Shown here piece after piece: positions 17,823 to 25,458 of a stretch of 52,812 bases of DNA. How positions within the stretch are numbered: the first letter of the stretch is position 1; every line of letters begins with the position of its first letter. The stretch is from an uncultured Bacilli bacterium (GTDB lineage: Bacteria > Bacillota_I > Bacilli_A > RF39 > UBA660). The notes beneath the pieces were generated by a model. That model was given only the letters and a program-made list of their open reading frames with translations, was not told the DNA's origin and did not search any database. The position numbers and the translations under genes are program-made. The stretch covers positions 1 to 52,812 of the forward strand of contig CANRME010000002.1 in the NCBI GenBank assembly GCA_947631655.1, read 5' to 3'.

Positions 17823-19751
17823 TTATTTTAACTTTAATTCTAATTTATTAACGTCTAAGCCAAGATTAGCATCTAATTCTACACCATCTTGAAGAGTTAA
17901 TTTCATAACATTATTTATATCTTTGATATTATCACTGATTACTTGTTTATTTTTTACTTTGAAAATAACATTGTTTAATTGATAATAATATTTCTTCATT
18001 TCTCTATTTATCTCTTCATAGGTATGATACTCTACAAATCTCCAATTAAGATAGTTTACTAAAATTCCTCTAACTTCTTGTAATTCATTATTAGAATATG
18101 GATAATTATTTGCTTTAATGGCATTTATTACTTTAATTATATCTTTAATAAAAATATCATTATTGATAAGGAAGTTATCAGTTTCGGGGTTATTTAAAGC
18201 GTCTTTAAGAGCTCTATTTATTTCAACTATATCTTTAACTTGGTTTTGTTTTTGCATCATATGATATTCTATCTCATATTGTTTTTTATAAAAATCATAT
18301 ATACCTTGATTAATTTTTAAAGTAGGATTATCACTATGATTATACATATATAAAGCATAATCATTTGCAATTGTATTTAAGTCAATAATGTCTTTTTCAC
18401 AATCTTCATAGGGATGAGCTTTTATAAGTTCAATATCATAGTATAAATCTTTTATAAAACTATCAACTTTTTTATTTTTAAAATGACTAGCTATTTGTTC
18501 TAAGCCTTTATCTCTATCACGTTCTTTATCAGTTTTAAGAAGGGATTCTGTATCTTTTTGACCTCTTTGATACCTTTCACTTTGTTCAATATAACCTTTT
18601 AAGATAGAAAGGTCATTTTTCAAACATTTACTTCCCAGATAAAACATTGGAGCAATATAAGTAGAAACAAAAGCTAATAAAGCACTAAGAATAATATTTC
18701 CGTTTATACCTGTTAAGAAAGGATTAATAACTAAGAGAGGATTAACAACAGCAAAAACTAAGGCGAAAAGTAGAGTATCGATTCCCTTAGAATTATGTAA
18801 ATAAGACCAAAGTGTATATTTTAATCTGTGTTTTTTCATTCGGTTATAAATCTTAACTAATTTAGAGTATTTAATGGCTAACTTTTCATAGCTAATTTCA
18901 TTACTAGTTAGTTTATCTATTTCATCAAGATCATTATAACCTTTATCACTATCACTTAAAAAATCTAATTCAATTGATTGTTCTTTTTCTTTTAATTCTT
19001 CTACTTTTTCTCCCTTAATTAATTTATCAATTACTCTTAATACATTTTCTATTTTATAATTTTTTTGATTAGTTTTAACCTTTTCTTTAATTAATTTTAA
19101 ACGATTTTCAAATTTTTCTTTTTGGTTAGTTAAAGTTAAATCGACAACTTCCTTATTTTGGTTTTTATAATCTATATATTCTAATGCTAAAACTTGTAAT
19201 TCTTGTAATTCCATTTTAGCAGTTTTATAAGAATTATTTTGAATATCTTTAATAGTAAGATAAATTTCTTGCAAAAAATTATCAACTATATTATTGTTTA
19301 AAGATACATTTAAATTTAACTTATTATCTCTTTTGGCAAAAAACTTAACCATATTATTATAGGTTTCTTTAGCTTTTTTATTAATGATTTTTCTTTGATA
19401 TAAATATTCTAAAATTTGAGAATTAATAATTAATAATGGAAAGATAGAATTTATTGTAAATCTAATCAACATTAAAACATTGCTAGAATTAAAAGGCCAC
19501 TCGCCTAATAGGGCAAAAGCACCATAAAAAGTTGAAAGGCCAAAACTTATAAGGAAACTAAGTACTAATGTTTTAAAGTTTGGCATAGTTTCTAAAAGTT
19601 TTCTTTTTTCATTAGCTTTGATTTTTTTAATAACTTCCTTTTTATCATTTATTAGACAATCATAAATATGCTCAGCTGCTTCTTTATTATAAGATTTTAT
19701 ATTACCATTTAAAATGTTTTCAATAGCATGTAATTCATTTTCATAATTCAT
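17823..19751 (-). CDS. Paralogue 3 of the uncharacterised 4-TM helical-repeat membrane protein
   Basis: The likely start is the ATG at 19751 (MNYENELHAIENIL), 5 nt after GGGGGA; the track start at 19769 is a TTG. The C-terminal ~230 aa are about three-quarters identical to paralogue 2 by eye. Confidence 0.7.
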   Translation of the reverse strand: MNYENELHAIENILNGNIKSYNKEAAEHIYDCLINDKKEVIKKIKANEKRKLLETMPNFKTLVLSFLISFGLSTFYGAFALLGEWPFNSSNVLMLIRFTINSIFPLLIINSQILEYLYQRKIINKKAKETYNNMVKFFAKRDNKLNLNVSLNNNIVDNFLQEIYLTIKDIQNNSYKTAKMELQELQVLALEYIDYKNQNKEVVDLTLTNQKEKFENRLKLIKEKVKTNQKNYKIENVLRVIDKLIKGEKVEELKEKEQSIELDFLSDSDKGYNDLDEIDKLTSNEISYEKLAIKYSKLVKIYNRMKKHRLKYTLWSYLHNSKGIDTLLFALVFAVVNPLLVINPFLTGINGNIILSALLAFVSTYIAPMFYLGSKCLKNDLSILKGYIEQSERYQRGQKDTESLLKTDKERDRDKGLEQIASHFKNKKVDSFIKDLYYDIELIKAHPYEDCEKDIIDLNTIANDYALYMYNHSDNPTLKINQGIYDFYKKQYEIEYHMMQKQNQVKDIVEINRALKDALNNPETDNFLINNDIFIKDIIKVINAIKANNYPYSNNELQEVRGILVNYLNWRFVEYHTYEEINREMKKYYYQLNNVIFKVKNKQVISDNIKDINNVMKLTLQDGVELDANLGLDVNKLELKLK

Positions 19752-19778
19752 AAAAATCCCCCATGACAAGTATTGTTT

Positions 19779-19807
19779 ATTCTACTATAAATACTTTTAA
19801 AAGTAAA
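19779..19807 (-). promoter_or_regulatory. Putative promoter of paralogue 3
   Basis: Minus strand reads TTTACT, 17 nt spacer, TAGAAT. It sits back-to-back with the ABC promoter 9 nt away. Confidence 0.4.
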
Positions 19808-19815
19808 TATATAAC

Positions 19816-19844
19816 TTGTCTTAAGCTAAGATATTTTTTATAAT
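19816..19844 (+). promoter_or_regulatory. Sigma-A-type promoter of the ABC gene pair
   Basis: TTGTCT (19816-19821), exactly 17 nt spacer, TATAAT (19839-19844), followed by RBS GAGGAAG and the ATG at 19862. Confidence 0.55.
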
Positions 19845-19861
19845 ATAAATACGAGGAAGTT

Positions 19862-21247
19862 ATGAAAAAGAATTTAAAATATATTATACCTACTTTAATT
19901 ATTAATACTTTGATTATTTTAAATATAATTAATTTTAAAATTAGTTTTATTTCTTTTTTTAATTTGATAATTTTGTCTAGTTTTTCTCTATACTTGACAG
20001 CAAGTCTTACTTCTAAAATAACAATATCTTTACATACCAATTTCTTAGCTTCTTTTTATAAGCCGAATATATCAGAAAATTTAGAACACAAAATAAATAA
20101 CATCTATAATATTGAACAAAGTATATTTATATATTTTTTTACTTTACTATATGGTTCTTTACATAGTTTAATATATTTTATTTATAGTTTTTATAATAAT
20201 ACCTATCTTTATATAATGATTATTTTTATCTTAACCCTTGGTTGGTATAAATATCGAAAAAGATATAATACTATTTTTTCTAATGAAAATTACATAAAGG
20301 GAATTAATATAATTAAACTAGCTAATAAAGAAGATAAAGAAAAGAAAGAATTAAAATATAGATTTCATAATTATCTTATTCAAAAAAGAAAGATGGTTAT
20401 TTTAGAAAGTATTTATTTACTAACTTTATTTATTTTATTAATTATTGGAAAAAATATATATTTAGTTACTTTTGTCATCCCTTTATTATGTATACTTTAT
20501 AAAGCAGACGAATTAGATACGGCTTATGGTTATATTAGAAACTATAATAATTTTTATAATATACCTAAATATAAAACATTATCTGATTTTAATAACTTAA
20601 TTACTTTAAAAAATGTTAATATTCATAACTTTAATGATTTAACAATTACTTTTCCTAAAAATCATGTTTGTATGATATATGGTCCTTCTTTGAGTGGCAA
20701 AACTACAATATTAGATGTTCTTGCTAATCGAATAAATATAAATAATGGCGAAATAATTGTGGATAACAAACGACTTATCCACAAGAAACTTAATACTTCT
20801 TACATGCGCCATGATGATTATTTATTTTCTAATTCTTTAAAAAAATTATTTTTAGAATTAAATTCTAAAACAAACGAAACAAGGATTCATTTTTGGTTAA
20901 AACAAGTAAATGCTGAATATTTTACTTATGACTTACAAAAGATTATTACTAAAAATGGCGATAAATTAACGAAAGAAGAACAAAGTAAATTAAAAATAGC
21001 TCTAAATTTAATAAAAGATAGTAATATTTTATTATTTGATGAACCATTTAAGTATTTAGATACTAATACTATTAAAAGAATTACTGCTAATTTAAGATAT
21101 TTAAGTAATACAATTATTATAACGACTAACGACTATGCACATTTAAAATTTGCGGATTCCGTTTATATTATTGACGATAATAAATTATTATATAGTGGTA
21201 CTTATAAAGATATACCCGATTATTTAGAAAGGAAGTATAAAATATGA
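19862..21247 (+). CDS. ABC exporter half-transporter (compact TMD fused to NBD), divergent signature motif
   Basis: The N-terminal ~240 aa are hydrophobic, with an exporter-like coupling region (GINIIKLANKEDKEKKELKYRF). Walker A is GPSLSGKTT and Walker B is ILLFDEP. LTKEEQ stands in place of LSGGQ. Confidence 0.75.
   Translation: MKKNLKYIIPTLIINTLIILNIINFKISFISFFNLIILSSFSLYLTASLTSKITISLHTNFLASFYKPNISENLEHKINNIYNIEQSIFIYFFTLLYGSLHSLIYFIYSFYNNTYLYIMIIFILTLGWYKYRKRYNTIFSNENYIKGINIIKLANKEDKEKKELKYRFHNYLIQKRKMVILESIYLLTLFILLIIGKNIYLVTFVIPLLCILYKADELDTAYGYIRNYNNFYNIPKYKTLSDFNNLITLKNVNIHNFNDLTITFPKNHVCMIYGPSLSGKTTILDVLANRININNGEIIVDNKRLIHKKLNTSYMRHDDYLFSNSLKKLFLELNSKTNETRIHFWLKQVNAEYFTYDLQKIITKNGDKLTKEEQSKLKIALNLIKDSNILLFDEPFKYLDTNTIKRITANLRYLSNTIIITTNDYAHLKFADSVYIIDDNKLLYSGTYKDIPDYLERKYKI
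20757..20784. promoter_or_regulatory. Back-to-back pair of perfect DnaA-box consensus 9-mers forming a 10-bp inverted repeat
   Basis: TTGTGGATAA (20757-20766), 8 nt spacer, TTATCCACAA (20775-20784). TTATCCACA is present on each strand. The pair lies inside the ABC gene coding sequence (EIIVDNKRLIHKK). Confidence 0.5.
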
Positions 21248-22596
21248 TAGCAGTAATTATAACTTTTTTACTACCTTATTTATATATTTTATTAAATAAT
21301 AAATTTTGGTTATTATTAATTTATATAGTTTTATACAGTATATCTTTTTATATAGCAAGTGATTATATCTTAAAAAAATTGGTTAATATTTTATTAGACA
21401 AAAATGAAAATATAAATTTATATCTTAAACTAAGTATTATTTATTTATTCTTAGTATCTAATATACCTATTTTAATTTATAACTACCCTATTTTCTTATT
21501 AAGTCTTACTATGGTAGTAATATTATATACAATTAATATTTTCGTTTTTAAACTTTTTAATAAATATGTAAGTAATAAATATTTGATAAGTAACTATTTA
21601 AAAGAATGTTACTTAGAAAAAGATACCGCATTAAATAAAGGAACAGTTAATATTAGAATTGATTCTTTTAAAAAATATTTAAAAAGATATAAACATAATT
21701 TATTTAAGAGATTGTTTTATTCTAGTATTATTTATTTAATTAATTTTATTTATGTTATATTAATTATCTATTTATTAAAAGACTTTACTATTGTAAATAT
21801 TATTTTAACTTTATATATGAGTGTTTATAGTTATTTATTTATTAAATATTTAAAATATATTAAAGGGTATTATAAAATATTTAAGCATAATAAAGAAGAC
21901 AATAAAAAAAGGACTACTTCCTTTAAAAAGATTACTCTTAAAAATATTTCTATTCCTAATTTAGTTACTAACTTTAATTTAACTATTAATAATAACGATA
22001 AAATATATATTATAGGAGAAAATAAAGATTATACTCCTTTACTTAATACTTTATTAAATAAGAATAATTATTTAGGAAAAATAACAGTTGATAGAAAAGA
22101 TATTAAAAATATAGATCTAAGTGCATTATTAATGTTAGATTATAATAATTTATGGTTTAAGGAATCTACTATAATTGATAATATTTTATACAATAAAGTT
22201 CTTAATTCTAAAAATTTTCACCAGTTAATCAATACTTATTTACCTAATAATTTTATAGAATCATTTATTAATGAAGAAGGGACAGAAATTAAAAATGTTT
22301 ATGACTACCCTATTTATTATCAAAGATTAATTACGTTTATGAGAAGTATTAATACTGATAAAGATATTATAATATTAGATAAGCCATTTAATAATTTAAG
22401 TAAATATAATCAAAATATTATGGAAAAAGAATTAGCAAAATTAAATAAAACTATAGTAATTTTTAGTAATACTCCTCCTACTTTAGATAGCTATTCTAAA
22501 ATACTTTTATTAGAGAACTTACTAATAAAAGAAGAAGGAACATATAATGAATTAATTAAAGAAAAAAGAGATTTCTACCGATTAATTAATAGATAA
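21244..22596 (+). CDS. ABC exporter half-transporter with degenerate nucleotide-binding site
   Basis: Its start overlaps the upstream stop (ATGA). The hydrophobic N-terminal half is followed by an NBD-like half with degenerate motifs. Walker A is replaced by GENKDYTP, the signature by PIYYQ, and Walker B by IIILDKP (D-K instead of D-E). Confidence 0.65.
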   Translation: MIAVIITFLLPYLYILLNNKFWLLLIYIVLYSISFYIASDYILKKLVNILLDKNENINLYLKLSIIYLFLVSNIPILIYNYPIFLLSLTMVVILYTINIFVFKLFNKYVSNKYLISNYLKECYLEKDTALNKGTVNIRIDSFKKYLKRYKHNLFKRLFYSSIIYLINFIYVILIIYLLKDFTIVNIILTLYMSVYSYLFIKYLKYIKGYYKIFKHNKEDNKKRTTSFKKITLKNISIPNLVTNFNLTINNNDKIYIIGENKDYTPLLNTLLNKNNYLGKITVDRKDIKNIDLSALLMLDYNNLWFKESTIIDNILYNKVLNSKNFHQLINTYLPNNFIESFINEEGTEIKNVYDYPIYYQRLITFMRSINTDKDIIILDKPFNNLSKYNQNIMEKELAKLNKTIVIFSNTPPTLDSYSKILLLENLLIKEEGTYNELIKEKRDFYRLINR

Positions 22597-22606
22597 TCTC
22601 TTTTTA

Positions 22607-23471
22607 TTATACATTTATGTTAGCTTGATTAGTTTTTAGTTTGTTTAGTTGTTTATTAGTTAAACCTGTAGCTTTTAATATTATTTCTGGTTGGACTCCT
22701 AAATTTAATAAATTTCTGGCATTATTAATTTTTTCAGTTTGAGCACCTTTTTTAACACCTTTTTTAAGTTCTTCTTTTAGTTCTTCTTTATGACGGTCTC
22801 TTATGGAATTCATCATCCATTCGTGTTCTTCATCAACATCTCGGTATCCATATGGTATATCCATTGCATCATAGTGAATCATCTCTCTTATAACATCTTT
22901 CAAAATATCATCTCCTCTACTTATTTTTATTAATTCTTCTTCATCTTCTAATATCATTATTTTTAGGTATTTTAATATCTCTTCTTTTACACTTTTAGTA
23001 TATTTTTTGCTTTGCAATTTGTCAAGTTTTATGTGATATATTTCTATATCTATTGGATACTCTTTTCCTTTATTATCTTTTAATGTATATTTATTAATTA
23101 ATTTATCTCCTACTTTTCCATTGAAATCAAAGTTTAATAACAAATATTTCTGCCCTATGGGATATTTCTTATTCTTTCTATTATTTTGATTATGTATAGA
23201 AAATAAGTAACTTATATTTTTTCTATATATTCTCTGGAAGGATTTTTATTCATTTCTAATATTATATTAAAGTCGTTTATTTTAGTAATAATATCACTTC
23301 GATGATGTTTATTTTTTCTATAATCTTCTTTTAAATTAGTATCTAGATATTTTAAATCTTCTAGTTCTTCTAAAGGTATATCGGTTATATAATGGATTAA
23401 TCTTTTTACATATTTTTTTTATAAGTTATTATATGAGCAAATACTAAATCGTCAATCATAGCTTTAATCAT
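22607..23471 (-). pseudogene. PD-(D/E)XK nuclease family transposase-like gene (PDDEXK_2 / Rpn-like), disrupted by two -1 frameshifts
   Basis: RBS AAAGGAG and the ATG at 23471 give MIKAMIDDLVFAHIITYKKNM, then a stop. Restoring one A in the A8 run (plus-strand T8, 23413-23420) gives ...RSDIITKINDFNIILEMNKNPSREYIEK. Restoring one A in the A6 run (23217-23222) joins this to the 178-aa ORF 22607-23143. The reconstructed product is ~289 aa, which is typical for the family. Confidence 0.7.
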
Positions 23472-23522
23472 AATATTTCTCCTTTCAGTAAGAAGAACTA
23501 TACACTAAAGAAAATGAAATGT

Positions 23523-23569
23523 AAAATTGCAGATTTTGCGAGTTTGGGCTCCAAATTAGAAAATTGGTA
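23523..23569. repeat. Copy 1 of a ~50-nt non-coding repeat with an internal palindrome
   Basis: aaaattgcagattttgcgagtttgggctccaaattagaaaattggta shares cagattttgc and ctccaa(a)tt..aaaattggta with 23675-23731. Confidence 0.6.
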
Positions 23570-23674
23570 TTTCCCGAACATATGGGAAACTTTTAAAACT
23601 TTATCACACCAAAAATATCTTACAAAGTAAGGTATAATCTAAGTTTAATTAATATTTATTAAACTTTTAAAATC

Positions 23675-23731
23675 AAAATACAGATTTTGCTCATTTTTTA
23701 AGAAAAAGCCCTCCAATTTTAAAAATTGGTA
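23675..23731. repeat. Copy 2 of the ~50-nt non-coding repeat (contains the palindrome ccaatttt/aaaattgg)
   Basis: aaaatacagattttgctcattttttaagaaaaagccctccaattttaaaaattggta lies immediately downstream of the 442-aa gene stop. It may double as that gene's terminator. Confidence 0.6.
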
Positions 23732-23743
23732 AAATTTAATTTT

Positions 23744-25072
23744 TTACGTTGATAAAACATAAGGACTTTCATATGTGCCATCACCACTTAAGACCTTCAC
23801 ATTTGATTTTAAATATAAAGTTGGTCTAACTATATATGGCGTAGTAGTGTAAGCTTGATAAACAAGCCCAGTACCACCCACAATGTGTGTAACGCAAGCA
23901 CATGACCATCCGATCGGCATAATTACCCATTGTGATCTACTCAATAACCAACTATTTCCGGCACAATTGGTTCTATAATCGTCTTTATTCCATGTATATA
24001 GTGCGGAATTTAAACATCCATTTCTATTAGTTGTTTCATTACCTTCTAAACCACTAGTTGCATATGCATAATCACTGGGATATATTAAGCCGATATATCC
24101 ATCCCATGTTGTGGGCAATCCAGGGGATACAAGTATACCTCTTTCCTCTTCATAAAATTGAGCAGCATCTGAATCTATGTATTCTTCGGGTCCACCGATG
24201 TTCCATCTTACTTTTTCGATCATTTCTTTAGTATTTGCTGTTATTCCTTTATAATTATCATTTCTTGTGTTGGAGCCGACAATACTTGTATATTCTGCTT
24301 CAGTTATCCAAGTGCCATCATCGGTTTTTTCTAAATATGGCCCATTTAATCCTTTCTGCAAACTTGCTTCCGCCCAATTATTTTTGTTTGAACTATCCCA
24401 TGCAATAAGTCCTATACTATCAGCTCTGATTATCTTTACTAAATTTTCTTTAGTGGTTGTTTCGTCAGCATTTACTTTTTCAATGTTCTTAAATGAACCA
24501 ATAATCCTCCATCTTTCACATGTTTCTTCTGAAGGAGCACTATAATCATCACAATTAAACCAAATGTAATTTGCTGGTTCTTTACCATAATATCTAGCAT
24601 TACTATCTGGATCATCAAAAGCTAATTCTTTATTATATTGTAATTCTTTCTTTAATAAGCATTCTGACATTTCTGTATCTTTACATATCGCTGCTTTAAA
24701 GGGATTACTGGTAAATTTAATATTACATCTATTAGGTTTATCTAGTTTTAATTCTAGTTTCCATGTTTCACTATTAAAACTAGCAGTTATATCTTCATTT
24801 TCACATTCTATTCCTTCATATAAATATCCTTCTTCTTTAGAGGGAAAATCTTCTTGTTTTTTATTATCAACATAAACAGCTAATTGTATATCTTTACTAT
24901 AGAATTTATCTACAGTAGTATATATAATTCTTTTATTATATTTTATTTGATATAGTGCATAACTACTTCCTATGGCTACTATTAATAGTAATAAACATAC
25001 ACCTAATATTACTTTATTTTTATTTCCTTTTTGAATTTTTCTTAATTCTTTTTCTGGATTAAATACTCTCAT
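23744..25072 (-). CDS. Membrane-anchored extracellular protein, 442 aa, family not recognised
   Basis: N-terminal basic region plus one TM (VILGVCLLLLIVAIGSSYALY). The extracellular part is Cys/Trp-rich and ends in YIVRPTLYLKSNVKVLSGDGTYESPYVL, a motif I associate with secreted Firmicute proteins of unknown function. Confidence 0.6.
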   Translation of the reverse strand: MRVFNPEKELRKIQKGNKNKVILGVCLLLLIVAIGSSYALYQIKYNKRIIYTTVDKFYSKDIQLAVYVDNKKQEDFPSKEEGYLYEGIECENEDITASFNSETWKLELKLDKPNRCNIKFTSNPFKAAICKDTEMSECLLKKELQYNKELAFDDPDSNARYYGKEPANYIWFNCDDYSAPSEETCERWRIIGSFKNIEKVNADETTTKENLVKIIRADSIGLIAWDSSNKNNWAEASLQKGLNGPYLEKTDDGTWITEAEYTSIVGSNTRNDNYKGITANTKEMIEKVRWNIGGPEEYIDSDAAQFYEEERGILVSPGLPTTWDGYIGLIYPSDYAYATSGLEGNETTNRNGCLNSALYTWNKDDYRTNCAGNSWLLSRSQWVIMPIGWSCACVTHIVGGTGLVYQAYTTTPYIVRPTLYLKSNVKVLSGDGTYESPYVLST

Positions 25073-25106
25073 ACTATTGCTCCTTAATATTATTCTAACT
25101 AAATAT

Positions 25107-25149
25107 TACACCTTATAAGGTTTAAAGTCAATACATCTATTTAGGTGTA
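25107..25149. promoter_or_regulatory. Divergent control region with inverted AGGTGTA motifs and a 12-bp palindrome
   Basis: TACACCT is at 25107-25113 and AGGTGTA at 25143-25149. A perfect palindrome ACCTTATAAGGT is at 25110-25121. The region lies between the 442-aa gene and the XRE gene. Confidence 0.45.
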
Positions 25150-25176
25150 TGCAATAATCTAGTTATGGTGATTTTA

Positions 25177-25398
25177 ATGGATATATCAAGATTAAAAGAT
25201 ATTAGAGAAGATCGAGATTATAATCAAACGCAGATTGCAAAGATATTAAATACAACCCAACAACAATATTCAAAATATGAATTAGGTATTCAATTAATAC
25301 CAATTGATAGATTAGAAAAATTAGCTGATTTTTATGACTTAAGTATAGATTATATAATAGGAAGAACGAATGTGCGGAAACCTTATCCTAAAAAATAA
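25177..25398 (+). CDS. XRE/Cro-C1 family helix-turn-helix transcriptional regulator
   Basis: RLKDIREDRDYNQTQIAKILNTTQQQYSKYELG...IPIDRLEKLADFYDLSIDYIIGRT is a classic HTH_3 pattern. The ATG at 25177 is preceded by GGTGA; the track start at 25165 is also possible. Confidence 0.85.
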   Translation: MDISRLKDIREDRDYNQTQIAKILNTTQQQYSKYELGIQLIPIDRLEKLADFYDLSIDYIIGRTNVRKPYPKK

Positions 25399-25458
25399 AA
25401 TATTATTTTTATTCTTACCAATGTTCTTTTTTATTATATTTTTTGATGAAATAATTTA

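Noticed and set aside
13896-19751. The three paralogues as phage tape-measure, tail or surface-repeat proteins, or as bacteriocin immunity proteins
   Set aside because: No phage genes are nearby. Each protein has two internal TM hairpins and no signal peptide or cell-wall anchor. No bacteriocin precursor or modification genes are present. The function is left open.
19777-20040. 87-aa minus-strand ORF spanning the divergent promoter region and the start of the ABC gene
   Set aside because: It overlaps the ABC gene and both predicted promoters. It is a low-complexity I/K/L product of AT-rich DNA with no RBS.
20757-20784. The DnaA-box pair as the chromosomal origin (oriC)
   Set aside because: There are only two boxes, they lie inside a coding sequence, and they are far from any dnaA or dnaN gene. 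No larger box cluster was seen. I kept the pair as a possible auxiliary DnaA site only.
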